From an uncultured virus (IMG/VR IMGVR_UViG_3300032227_002278) (Duplodnaviria > Heunggongvirae > Uroviricota > Caudoviricetes), in the IMG/VR virus record IMGVR_UViG_3300032227_002278: a DNA stretch of 64,000 nucleotides; one strand, given 5' to 3'. Below, in pieces: positions 41,969-51,909 of the stretch (position 1 is the first letter of the stretch; every line of letters starts with the position of its first letter). The notes under the pieces are model-generated. The model was given only the letters and a program-made list of their open reading frames with translations. It was not told the origin of the DNA and made no database searches. The position numbers were made by a program, and so were the translations under genes.

Positions 41969-43072
41969 ATGTCAAGGTCTAAGAGTTCGTCTACTGTTTT
42001 CATCGAAAAAGTTTTGATTGACAATCCCAACATTCGATACAATGATGTTGTGGCTATGGAAGAGTATAACAAAGGTGGTCATTCTTTTGACAATGCGTAT
42101 TTCAATGCTATCAAGTGTCGAATTAAGAAAGTGCAGTCTTATGTATCTACTGGTTCTGTGTCTGCTCCGTCTCATGTGATTAGTTCTGCTCCTGTAGATG
42201 GTAATGATAGTGAGTACAAGTATGATTCTGATACACAGGATTTGATTCCTGCTGTTGACCCTCACTATGTGATTAACGAGGATGCCGCAACATTCTTTGA
42301 GTTAGTCAAGAATATGTCTAACAACAAGAATGTTAATGTGCGTCTTGTTGGTCCGGCTGGTTGTGGTAAGACCAGTTTGGCTATGCAATATGCTGCTAGG
42401 CATAACTTGCCATGTTTTGTTCAGAACTGTGCGAATGTTCGTGAACCAAGAGATTGGTTTGGATATCGCAAGCTGGATGAGAATAAGAATCTGGCTTGGC
42501 ATGAGAGTTTGTTTGTCAAGATGATTGAGACTCCTAATGCTGTGATTGTGTTGGACGAAACTAATCGTTGTCCTATGCACACACTTAACACTCTATATCC
42601 TTTGCTTGACCATCGTAGGAATACATGGCTTGAAGAGGCTGGTAGAACGCTTCAGGTAGCAGAAGGTGTTACTTTCTGGGCTGCAATGAACGAGGGTAAT
42701 CAGTTTACTGGTACTACTCAACTTGATGAAGCATTCTCTGACCGAACTGGTCTGGTGATGGAATGTAAGTTCTTGTCATCAGATGATGAAGCAAAGGTCT
42801 TGCACAATCGAACTGGATTGACAAAGGACAGTTCTTTGCGTCTGGTAGAGATTGCAGAACAAGTGCGTAAGAAAGCGCAGCTTGATACTGGTGACTCTTT
42901 CAGTAAGGTGATATCTACTCGTATGCTGGAAGAAGCTGCTTCAGCTTTCGTAGTAGGTGGTCCTAAGACTATGCACTACACTCTGTTGAATCACTTCTCT
43001 GCTGCTGGTGGAGCAAGCTCTGAGAGGCAGAATCTACTCAAACTGCTCGTTGGTAAGTTTGGGACTCTGTAA
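41969..43072 (+). CDS. MoxR/CbbQ-type AAA+ ATPase
   Basis: GPAGCGKT, IVLDETNR, AAMN...Y/F.GT..LDEAFSDR, ISTRML. Confidence 0.9.
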   Translation: MSRSKSSSTVFIEKVLIDNPNIRYNDVVAMEEYNKGGHSFDNAYFNAIKCRIKKVQSYVSTGSVSAPSHVISSAPVDGNDSEYKYDSDTQDLIPAVDPHYVINEDAATFFELVKNMSNNKNVNVRLVGPAGCGKTSLAMQYAARHNLPCFVQNCANVREPRDWFGYRKLDENKNLAWHESLFVKMIETPNAVIVLDETNRCPMHTLNTLYPLLDHRRNTWLEEAGRTLQVAEGVTFWAAMNEGNQFTGTTQLDEAFSDRTGLVMECKFLSSDDEAKVLHNRTGLTKDSSLRLVEIAEQVRKKAQLDTGDSFSKVISTRMLEEAASAFVVGGPKTMHYTLLNHFSAAGGASSERQNLLKLLVGKFGTL

Positions 43073-43092
43073 TCTCTAGACTTGGATATATG

Positions 43093-43125
43093 CCCCTTGC
43101 TGGCTATAAACCAGCAAGGGGTTTT
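43093..43125 (+). terminator. Intrinsic terminator
   Basis: CCCCTTGCTGG-loop-CCAGCAAGGGG TTTT. Confidence 0.75.
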
Positions 43126-43293
43126 CTTATAAATATATATTTTGAAAAAATGTTTAGAATAAATTATGTTTTTTGAATCTTGTCCTATAATGGTAGTAGG
43201 AAGGAATAAGTTATTCCTTGGAATTACGATAATTCCGAAGCGTATTCTTTTATTTGTCAGGCGGGTTACTTAAAACTTAGAAGGAGGAATGTT

Positions 43294-45486
43294 ATGGTTA
43301 ATCAAGGTGATTTGTTTGGTGATGAGAATAATGAAGAGTTGGAGCGTCTTGCTGACGAGTTTGACAAGAATGATGATTATCTTCTAGAGAAGGAACTAGA
43401 AGAACAAGGTGGCAAGTCTTTCAATCCTGGTACTCATGGTATTCAAGAAAACCATCCTCTTCTGGATGGCTTCAACAAAGATACTGGACGATACGATACA
43501 ACTAACTATTGGGAAGGTGCTTACGGCAGCCGTCGTAAATATACCGACTCTTTACATACTGATAGCTGGAAAGTTACTCCTGTTAAGTCTACCAGCGAAT
43601 ACCTTCGTAACTCCTATTGGGGCAACAGCTGGTACTATGACAGCTATAGCAAGAAGGCTGACCAGAAAGCTCAAGTCCATGAAACTCTACATGAAGTTCT
43701 CAAGGAATTGAACAAGACCATTAACCTTACTTCAAACTCTAAAGACTCTGTTGAGTCTGTTATGAATGTGAAGTATTCTAATGGTGCTGTTATCAATGAC
43801 TTCGAGAGTAACACTCTTTACATATCGCCTAATGTGATGTTGAAAGATGATGATGAAGTTAGGTCTGGTGCAGACTATTATGAGTCTCTTGATGGTTTGA
43901 ATGGTCAAGCTATGTTGTGTTCCTTTATGAAGAAAGGAATTCATGCTGATGCTAATGCAGACTACAAGGAAGCTAAGGAATGGGCAGCAAGAAACATCTT
44001 CATGTGTGATATTCAAGCTAGTGCTGCTGCTGAGATTTTCAGTAAGTGGCCGGGCTTTATGAGTTATATCACAAGTCAGATGCAAGTATTTGGAGTTCAG
44101 AAGGATTATCTTCTGAAGAAGTTTAACCAATCTGTTATCTTGTTGGATGACTTGATTGAGACTTTGTGTTACAATCGTCTTGCTTCTGAAAAGGTTGATT
44201 ACACAATCTTCCATCCTGATATCGTGAAGAAGATGTTGTTGGCAGATAGGGACTTCAATCAGATGATTGATACTCCTTGCAAGTCAGAAGATAGGTTCAA
44301 GAAAGCTCAGCGTATCTACGAATCTATCAGGGATACGCTGAATCTTGAGAAAGCAGAACTTGAGGTTAAATGGAGTCAATCTGGATTATCACTTCCTGGT
44401 AAGTCTAGTGAAGGTGTATCTGGCGAAGGTACTCCTGTATCTGGTGATGATAATGAAGAGGTTGGTAATCCACAAGCTACCAATCAGATTGACAATAGTC
44501 CATCTGATGAGCAGCGTAGGTTTACTGGAGACAACTCCTATAACAACAAGATGGAAGTGGATGGGGATGTTGTATTCAATATCCTTGACCATAACAAGAA
44601 GTTGCGTGAAAGACTCAAGGAACTAGGAGATAAGCTGGCTTCTCCAGCTATATCTTCTGATGAGATTATCAACAAAGAAAAAGTAGTTTACAAGCTCTTG
44701 GTTCCACCTGTCAATGTGGAGACAATCAAGGCTTATGACGAATATGTCAAAATGAACAAAAAGAATATCAATGCAATTAAAGATGCAATGATGTTTCACA
44801 ACAACTATCCTTGGATTCCAAGCTATGGCTTGACTGATGGGGATATCGATGAACACGCTCTCTATAAGATGCACTTTGGAGAGTATGAGCGTTTGTTTGA
44901 AAGAAGGGACCAAGTTACTGAGAAAAGATATCATATCACTCTGGTAATTGACCAGTCTGGTTCAATGTCTGGTGACAAACTGGAACAAGCTAACAAGCTA
45001 TGTATCCTGTTCGCAGAAGCTCTCAAGTTCCTGCGTAATACAGAATACAGTATCTATGGCTTTGAAACCAGAGATATCAATACTTGGGTCTATAAGGATA
45101 AGCTCTACGATAAGCAGAAAGCTCTGATTGAGCCTACTGCTAATGGTGGAACTGCAATGGGGTATCATCTTGCTTCTATTGGAGACAAGGTGATTAACCA
45201 GTATAGTGACTTTGACAACAAGTTCATGTTTGTTATATGTGATGGTTCGCCAACTCATGGAGTAGACAATATGAATAGTTGTCAGTTTACTAATCACTCA
45301 ATCAAACTTTTGAGGAGGCAAGGTATTCAAGTTTATGGAATTGGTATCTTGAATGCTTTCCAAGAAAGGACTGGTAACGAGATCTTTGGTGAAGGCAACT
45401 TTACTGTGATTGATGATATCAAGGGTAGTTTGTCTATCCTGACTAACAGACTGAGGAAGTATCTGCAAAAGTCTTCTAAGGTCTGA
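43294..45486 (+). CDS. VWA-domain protein (CobT-like partner of the AAA ATPase)
   Basis: MIDAS LVIDQSGSM, GGT, ICDGSP, VYGIGI. Confidence 0.88.
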   Translation: MVNQGDLFGDENNEELERLADEFDKNDDYLLEKELEEQGGKSFNPGTHGIQENHPLLDGFNKDTGRYDTTNYWEGAYGSRRKYTDSLHTDSWKVTPVKSTSEYLRNSYWGNSWYYDSYSKKADQKAQVHETLHEVLKELNKTINLTSNSKDSVESVMNVKYSNGAVINDFESNTLYISPNVMLKDDDEVRSGADYYESLDGLNGQAMLCSFMKKGIHADANADYKEAKEWAARNIFMCDIQASAAAEIFSKWPGFMSYITSQMQVFGVQKDYLLKKFNQSVILLDDLIETLCYNRLASEKVDYTIFHPDIVKKMLLADRDFNQMIDTPCKSEDRFKKAQRIYESIRDTLNLEKAELEVKWSQSGLSLPGKSSEGVSGEGTPVSGDDNEEVGNPQATNQIDNSPSDEQRRFTGDNSYNNKMEVDGDVVFNILDHNKKLRERLKELGDKLASPAISSDEIINKEKVVYKLLVPPVNVETIKAYDEYVKMNKKNINAIKDAMMFHNNYPWIPSYGLTDGDIDEHALYKMHFGEYERLFERRDQVTEKRYHITLVIDQSGSMSGDKLEQANKLCILFAEALKFLRNTEYSIYGFETRDINTWVYKDKLYDKQKALIEPTANGGTAMGYHLASIGDKVINQYSDFDNKFMFVICDGSPTHGVDNMNSCQFTNHSIKLLRRQGIQVYGIGILNAFQERTGNEIFGEGNFTVIDDIKGSLSILTNRLRKYLQKSSKV

Positions 45487-45586
45487 TATCAAGATGGTGG
45501 GGGAAGATAGTTTCCCCCACCTCTTTTGAATTACGATAATTCCGAACTCTATTCTTTTAGGTGTAAGGAACAACACAAAGGAGTAT

Positions 45587-46024
45587 ATGATGTTGACTAA
45601 GAAGTTTATGCTTGCTGGTAAGGCTATCTGGACTTTGGGCGTTCCCGAAACCTTTCAGAAGGAAAAGGATTGCAAAAGCCACTATACTTTCAAGATTGCT
45701 AAAAAGAAAGATGCTGATATCTGGTTTGTTAATCTACTGACCGGACCAGACAACATGTCTAATTATACCTACATAGGTATGGTAAATTCTGCCACCGGCG
45801 AAGTTAATCTTACCCGCAATAGCAAGATGACTAAAGATAGCATTTGCTATAGGTTATTGAACAGAGTGATGTCTAGGGTATGGGCTGAGGAAGTGGAGAA
45901 GATTGTGGAGGCTGGGTTTACTCTTCAACATGAGGGTAAGTGTGGTCGTTGTGGTCGTAGGTTGACTACTCCAGAGTCTATTGCGTCTGGATTTGGACCG
46001 GAGTGTATTCAACTAATCGGTTAA
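45587..46024 (+). CDS. DUF6011-like Zn-finger protein
   Basis: HEGKCGRCGRRLTTPESIASGFGPEC. Confidence 0.8.
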   Translation: MMLTKKFMLAGKAIWTLGVPETFQKEKDCKSHYTFKIAKKKDADIWFVNLLTGPDNMSNYTYIGMVNSATGEVNLTRNSKMTKDSICYRLLNRVMSRVWAEEVEKIVEAGFTLQHEGKCGRCGRRLTTPESIASGFGPECIQLIG

Positions 46025-46087
46025 TTACGATAATTCTGAAGTCTGTTCTTTTAGGTGTAGGATAGTTTTAACAACAGGAGATGTAAA

Positions 46088-47251
46088 ATGTTTTTCAACA
46101 AGTCTTATCGTTACAATCAGTTAAGTAAGCTCATGGAGAAGGAGCTATATGCTCCTGCTTGCTCTCTAATGCTCATGGACAGCAAGAAGTCTGTATTCGA
46201 TAACAAGGTTCGCAAGAGAGTTTATGACTTTGTTAAGTCAAATTTTTCTGACAAGATAGATTCTTCTATTCTTAATGCCTTGCAAGCTAGTATTAGAGAC
46301 ACTGTATCTGTTACCGACTTACAATTTCTTCTTAAAGGAAATGATATAGTTTATAATAATGTTATTGCGGCTTATCAAATTGATAATGTCAGCATTGAAG
46401 CTTTATCTAATCTATGGAATAATTTGAGAAAAACTAGTAATAACTTATTTTATGAAGAAGATGTATATCGCATAGCTAAGAGATTTTATGATTATGCACA
46501 TACGAGAGCATATGATACCATAGTGTATATGCATAACAGTTTTAATCCTTCTATGGAGATTAATTTTGATATGTCTTCTTTCCCAGAGCAACAACTAATT
46601 ATTGCTAGATTGATTGCTTTGTATGAAATAAACAAAAGTCAAATTAGATTTAGTCGTTATGGAGTACAACAGCAGGAAGTTAATAAAGAACCATTGCAAT
46701 GGAATTTGGAGAAATGTTCTTCTGCTATTTTTGATAACAATCCATTGAATCGTTATAGTTTTCAATATATACGAATCATTGGCGAAGAAAAGATGATGCC
46801 TGCTGTTATCGATTATCTTGATAAGATGCAGACTAATCCATTGTTTGCTGAAAAGCATTATAATGAAATTGTATTATCTTGTTTGCAACATGGATTAAAC
46901 AGGATTGCATCTTATATCATGAAGAGGCGTGATATTAAGGCTATTACAAAGTTGTGCAAGGATTTGATTATCAGTTGGAATCCTCAATATACATTGAAAG
47001 AACCTCAATCTGTTCTTTTTGCTGTTGCTGCAAAAGATTTAACTACTGCTGCAAGAGAGTCTCTCTTTGAGGCTATGCAGAATATGTCTAGAGAGATTGA
47101 TAACATGACTGAGTGGCTTAACAATCCAAACTTCAATGTAATCTTGCACAAGATTCATTGGATTGAAACTATCAATAAGATGCTAGATGAGAAACGACCT
47201 GAGAAAATCAAGATCGCTAAACCTAGAACATCTAAGAAGAAGCTTGCTTGA
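46088..47251 (+). CDS. Hypothetical protein
   Basis: 387-aa ORF with motif and RBS. Confidence 0.7.
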   Translation: MFFNKSYRYNQLSKLMEKELYAPACSLMLMDSKKSVFDNKVRKRVYDFVKSNFSDKIDSSILNALQASIRDTVSVTDLQFLLKGNDIVYNNVIAAYQIDNVSIEALSNLWNNLRKTSNNLFYEEDVYRIAKRFYDYAHTRAYDTIVYMHNSFNPSMEINFDMSSFPEQQLIIARLIALYEINKSQIRFSRYGVQQQEVNKEPLQWNLEKCSSAIFDNNPLNRYSFQYIRIIGEEKMMPAVIDYLDKMQTNPLFAEKHYNEIVLSCLQHGLNRIASYIMKRRDIKAITKLCKDLIISWNPQYTLKEPQSVLFAVAAKDLTTAARESLFEAMQNMSREIDNMTEWLNNPNFNVILHKIHWIETINKMLDEKRPEKIKIAKPRTSKKKLA

Positions 47252-47257
47252 TATACC

Positions 47258-47296
47258 AAAGCCTAGCACCATCTATCTTGATGGTGCTAGGCTTTT
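47258..47296. terminator. Bidirectional intrinsic terminator
   Basis: AAAGCCTAGCACCATC / GATGGTGCTAGGCTTTT. Confidence 0.8.
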
Positions 47297-47321
47297 ATTC
47301 AGGGGTTGTACTATTTTAAAG

Positions 47322-47620
47322 AGCCACCCGTCAACTACCCCCAGCTAAAGCAGGGAGCTTGTCATTCCAAGTTTCGTGCTGACTTTTAGTCCAGTTCCGG
47401 CTTTCAGCCGGAACACACGGAATCTGAAATCAGATTCAACGGACGACATTAGGCTGATTGATGCAGCCCTATGTTTAATTATAGTGTTGTTTTGTTTAAG
47501 TTCAAGAGCCAATTCCTCCCCCGGCTAAAGCCGGGAGCTTCCTTGGCTCGGAGATCGTGAGTACTGCCCTCACCTTGTCCAATTTACGAAATTGGTGCAT
47601 TTCTTCTCTGCCAGAGTGGC
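47322..47620 (-). tRNA. trnT: tRNA-Thr(CGU) interrupted by a mini-IS between the T-arm and the acceptor 3' strand
   Basis: GCCACTC..CCAAT-TTCGTAA-ATTGG..GTGAG-GGCAGTA-CTCAC (47620-47557) joins GGGTGGC-T (47329-47322); TATAAT upstream. Confidence 0.75.
47330..47556 (-). mobile_element. 227-bp ORF-less IS200/IS605 derivative carrying an omegaRNA
   Basis: Ends near-identical to the 32177-33433 element; same TCAC flank. Confidence 0.9.
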
Positions 47621-47714
47621 GTGATAGTTAATTATAGTTTCACTTTTAACTCACACCAAAAAATAATTACGATAATTTTTAAGTCTAATCTTTTAGGTGC
47701 GGAGGAGTGGTTAA

Positions 47715-48143
47715 ATGGAAGAGATGGAACTCATCGAGTTTGAGTTTGAATATGATAATTATACTTTCTTGTATATTCAGAAGACCTTTTTAAAGAAATG
47801 GCTGGTCGAATCCGAAGTCGATGCCATAAGTGAAGATGCACAAGAACTGTTAAAAGACAATTACTTTAACTATGATTGTTTCCAATATGGAAGGTCTTTG
47901 TTTTTAGATACAAGGAATAATCCAGTTATGGTCCCTAATGATGTTACAGATATAAATGAAGGTGACATTGTACTGTTTCAACAGTATGAATGTATTGTTT
48001 TAAAGAAGATGTTTTTTGGTAGTAAGCATCCTTATTATTTGTTAGGTGGTAAGAGCGAGTATTCTGATAGTGTAAGGGCGAAGATCGGAAAGAATCCTGT
48101 GAGCTATACGCTTCTGAGGAAAGTTTTTTCCTCGGAAAACTAA
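47715..48143 (+). CDS. Hypothetical protein
   Basis: Motif, GGAGGAG RBS. Confidence 0.65.
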   Translation: MEEMELIEFEFEYDNYTFLYIQKTFLKKWLVESEVDAISEDAQELLKDNYFNYDCFQYGRSLFLDTRNNPVMVPNDVTDINEGDIVLFQQYECIVLKKMFFGSKHPYYLLGGKSEYSDSVRAKIGKNPVSYTLLRKVFSSEN

Positions 48144-48186
48144 AAAAAATCTCCCTGTCCTATAATGAAGGCATGGGGGATTTGCA

Positions 48187-48822
48187 ATGGTTCGTGTTTT
48201 TAGTGCGTTAATTTTGCTTCTGGCGGGTTTTCTTCCAAAGTGTGAAGCTGGTTGAGGCAAGCCAGCTTTGCCCCAGTCTGGGGCGTATTACAAGCCTGTA
48301 ATCATCACACAATCGCAGCTTGAGATTCTGGACATTGATATTAAAGCCAGAAGGATAGCTGTAACAATGGAAACGGAAAAGAATGAAGAGCAGGTGGAGC
48401 TAGCTGTAAAGAGCGGCGATAGGATTCATAGGATTGCTGCTGCTTTTTATTATCAGAACAAGAGAGAACCTAGTGCTTGTTTAATGAATTTGCTTGCTGA
48501 CCAAGATCCATTGGTGGTAGAAGCTGCTAGATTAGCATTGGTGATAATTGCCAATGACAAGAGATACAGGAGACCTGGTGCATATCATCAAATGCATATC
48601 ATCGATTTTGGTCCTTGGATTTTTAGTCCTGGGAAAGAGAAAAGTGGTGGACAGGATGATATGAACGGGTTAACTGTTAGAAGGGAAGCGATTGACTTGT
48701 GGCAGTCGCATTTTGATAAGGTAGAGGCTAACAACCGTAAAGTTGAAGCTGAACAAAAGGCTAAGATGGAACGGGAGAAAGCTAAGGAGAATGACCCTAG
48801 AAAGGTATTAGGTGTGCAATGA
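48187..48822 (+). CDS. Secreted HEAT-like protein with in-frame UGA at codon 23 (candidate selenoprotein)
   Basis: Promoter TGTCCTATAAT, GGGGGA RBS, signal peptide MVRVFSALILLLAGFLPKCEAG, TGA 48253-48255, hairpin 48270-48284, frame continues into the 48268 ORF. Confidence 0.65.
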
Positions 48823-49331
48823 CTACTGATAATATTATTCCAGTAAGAGACAATCCTCAGTTTAATGTGGGCTTGATTGCAAGACATGTATGCGTAGCTT
48901 GTAATAAGAGACTAATTACGGAGGTTAGAGATGCATTAAGTTCTATAAATGATTTTGCTAAGGATTTTGAGGATTTTATTGACCATATTAACTTGTCATT
49001 TGCAGATGATTCTAGTTGTTTCACATCGGAAGACTATCAGATTTCTCATTATGATGGGATTTTCAACCTGTCGATGAAGCAGGACTTTGCGAAGGATGTT
49101 TCTTATTGTTTAATTGGAGCCCTTAGAAACATAGACAAGCAGCATCAATTTGCGAATGCTTTAATTGCTTTTGCGAAGAAGTTGGACATTGCTGCCGAAG
49201 GTGACTTTTCTCGTCTGCAATCTACTCCCAAGATGCAACAGGCTCCTTACCAGTTCATGATGGTTCCCACTCCGAATGGTAGAAAATTTAACAACAATTC
49301 ATCTATCACTTGGAGGAAATATGGGAAATAA
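48819..49331 (+). CDS. Hypothetical protein
   Basis: ATGA-coupled ORF. Confidence 0.65.
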   Translation: MTTDNIIPVRDNPQFNVGLIARHVCVACNKRLITEVRDALSSINDFAKDFEDFIDHINLSFADDSSCFTSEDYQISHYDGIFNLSMKQDFAKDVSYCLIGALRNIDKQHQFANALIAFAKKLDIAAEGDFSRLQSTPKMQQAPYQFMMVPTPNGRKFNNNSSITWRKYGK

Positions 49332-49563
49332 TACACTTAAGAAAGTGCATAAGTTGATCTTCCGAAAACAACTGGAAGTATCAAACGGCATGGATAACAT
49401 TTTGGTTCCTCTTGACTATGTGGTTCAAGCCAAGACATTATGTTATCAGAAACATGGCAAAGAGATGATTGACATGGTTGTTCTTGAAGATGGCAAACTC
49501 TTCAAGGAAGAAGCTATGTTTAATCAAGTTCTTTGTGATAATGTTAGATATTACGAAGAATAA
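49321..49563 (+). CDS. Hypothetical protein
   Basis: GGAGG RBS. Confidence 0.55.
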   Translation: MGNNTLKKVHKLIFRKQLEVSNGMDNILVPLDYVVQAKTLCYQKHGKEMIDMVVLEDGKLFKEEAMFNQVLCDNVRYYEE

Positions 49564-50035
49564 AAATTTAAGATATATAGAGCAACCCCCGAATGTCCTA
49601 GTGGCATTCGGGGGTTGTACCATTTTATGGTTGGATTTGGATTGCGATAATTCTGAACTGTATTCTTTTAGGTGTCGAGGTTGGCGGTTGTTTGCTGTTC
49701 AACCTTGGACGACCTAAAGAATTACGATAATTCTGAAAGGTAATCTTTAAGGTGTTGGGATGACCTGATGCGAGTTGGAAAAAACTCAATTCAGAAAAAT
49801 CTTGAAAAATTAGCTGTAGACCTGTTGTGTTTTATAAATACTGGTCTATAGTGAAGGCAGAGAGGCACTTCTCAAGTGTCTCAACGCCGAAAACAATCAG
49901 CAAAAATAATTACGATATTTATTTGCTGTGTTGTTTTAGTTGTCGAACCGGGTGGTCCGGGGATACAATTGTGTGCGATTCCTCATAGTGAGGCGGTTGG
50001 TTGCCGATATAAACCCTCTTAAAGGAGTGATTTTA

Positions 50036-50614
50036 ATGTCGAATGTTCCTGCTTCCCAAGTTCCTGCTTCCACCACCACCAAGGCTGCTCGGACGATTGT
50101 TCCGTTCAAGTATCTGGTGACTCATGACGAGAACCTCAAGAAGCAATTCCTTGAGTTTTGTGCTTGTCATGGTGTTGATGAGACTGCTGAGAAGTTCTCA
50201 ATCAGCCCCGCTACTGTGTATTCGGTGCTTCGTGCCCTGAATGCTTATGTTTCCACAGTTCGCCCAGTGTATGACACTAGCCCTGAGAAGTTGGCTAAGG
50301 CTGCTGAATTGCTTAGGGCTGGTCGCCGTGCGACTTCTGTTGCTAAGGAGTTAAACCTTTCCACAAATACTGTGTATAAGGTTGCTTCTGATAACAACAT
50401 CACTCTCCAAAAGGGTATTGAGGCTGCTCCTATCAGCCAAGAAACTCTGAACAAGGTTCTTGCTGACTTGCGTGGTGGTAAGTCTGCTAAGGCTGTCAGT
50501 CGTGATAGCGGCATCGCCTATGTAAAGGTGCTGGCGATGGCTGAAGCTAACAACATTACTCTCGACCGCAAGGCAAAGGGTATCCGTGGTATGATCCTCC
50601 CACCACAATCGTAA
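50036..50614 (+). CDS. Multi-HTH DNA-binding protein
   Basis: Three HTH-like repeats (TAEKFSISPATVY, VAKELNLSTNTVY, VSRDSGIAYVKV). Confidence 0.75.
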   Translation: MSNVPASQVPASTTTKAARTIVPFKYLVTHDENLKKQFLEFCACHGVDETAEKFSISPATVYSVLRALNAYVSTVRPVYDTSPEKLAKAAELLRAGRRATSVAKELNLSTNTVYKVASDNNITLQKGIEAAPISQETLNKVLADLRGGKSAKAVSRDSGIAYVKVLAMAEANNITLDRKAKGIRGMILPPQS

Positions 50615-50699
50615 CATGACCCTGGGGGGAGCTATACTCCCCCCTTCTCCTCATATCCCCCCTATATTCTTAGGGGGGTCTTTTATATCAAGAGGAATC

Positions 50700-51359
50700 A
50701 TGTTAAGTAAAGAAGATTTTGAACTAAAACTGTTCGCTAAAAAATGTGCATTCATTATGTACAAATCTGGCGAATTTCTACCAGATGAAATCAAGGAGGA
50801 ATTTGTATCTTTTGAAAGTATGGATTTCTTCCACGATTTTAGCTTTAATTGCACTAGAGTCTTAATAGCTGAATATTTAAGACTACTGATGCAAGAATAT
50901 AAAATAAAGTTTGTTAAGTGTGAACTTATTGATAGCAGTAAGATTGTTAGAAATTCAAACACCTATCAATACACTTATGAACTTCCCGACAATGAGTTTC
51001 TTATTATAGCATCTATGTCAGGTAAAAATGTGAGTGCTACAGGTAGCATGTATGCTATTGCAGACTCAGTATATTCATACTACATCCAATCTGGATGTGT
51101 GAATTGTAAGTATAGTGAAGAAGGATGTGATTGCTGTGGTATGAATCGTGCCAGAAAAGCAATACATAATTCTGATATCCTAACATTCAAAAAGACTTGT
51201 GAACCATTCTTAAAACTGATTGGTAACAAGTTGGAACCTCTAGAAGAATTTATCAAATGGTCTATCCAGTATGAAAAAGATTCTGAGGAAAATAGGGATG
51301 AATTAGGATATTTCACTCTAGATGATGATGATGAAGATTCTGAACCAGATTCAGAATAA
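50700..51359 (+). CDS. Hypothetical protein
   Basis: GAGGA RBS; Cys cluster, acidic tail. Confidence 0.6.
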   Translation: MLSKEDFELKLFAKKCAFIMYKSGEFLPDEIKEEFVSFESMDFFHDFSFNCTRVLIAEYLRLLMQEYKIKFVKCELIDSSKIVRNSNTYQYTYELPDNEFLIIASMSGKNVSATGSMYAIADSVYSYYIQSGCVNCKYSEEGCDCCGMNRARKAIHNSDILTFKKTCEPFLKLIGNKLEPLEEFIKWSIQYEKDSEENRDELGYFTLDDDDEDSEPDSE

Positions 51360-51415
51360 TTTTGTGGTGTTCTTTGGTTCGCTGTCCTATAATGAAAGTG
51401 AAAGAGAGGTTCAAG

Positions 51416-51745
51416 ATGAAGAATTTTCAAGCCAGACAAGGTGATATCTTTTTTAAGGTAGTATCTAAACTTCCTGAGAAAGCTAATCTCAATAAGAAGA
51501 CAGATGCTATCTTAGCATATGGTGAAGTCACTGGACACTCTCATCAAATTACTACTCCTATCTCTGATTGTGAGAGTTATGTTGATGAGAATGGTGATAT
51601 CTACATTCGTTCCGATAAGGAGATGAATGTAGGTCACGATGAACACAATACTATCATTCTACCTGCTAATGAGTGGATTTGTGTCACTCGTCAGAGGGAA
51701 TATTCACCTTTAGAAGCGGAAAGAGAGCGAAAGGTTAGAGATTAA
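51416..51745 (+). CDS. Conserved His-rich phage protein (RQGD...GEVTGHSH...HDEH...RQREY)
   Basis: Recognisable motif family, often found with DUF6745. Confidence 0.75.
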   Translation: MKNFQARQGDIFFKVVSKLPEKANLNKKTDAILAYGEVTGHSHQITTPISDCESYVDENGDIYIRSDKEMNVGHDEHNTIILPANEWICVTRQREYSPLEAERERKVRD

Positions 51746-51909
51746 CATTTGATATCAACTTATAAAAAACCCCTAGAGCTAATAACTCTAGGGGTTTTTT
51801 ATTACGATAATTCTGAAGGCTGTTCTTTTGGTTGTCGGGTTTGGCTCTAATGTTACAACGGAAAGTTGGAGCTGAGTTTGTTGTGTCGGGTTTAACTAAG
51901 GAGGTTTGT

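Noticed and set aside
47330..47556. IStron (self-splicing IS) restoring tRNA-Thr
   Set aside because: No group I core is visible in the 227 bp and the element does not end in G.
48253..48255. Genome-wide TGA recoding (code 4 or 25)
   Set aside because: TGA ends many genes with ATGA coupling and Trp is encoded by TGG, so any readthrough must be site-specific.
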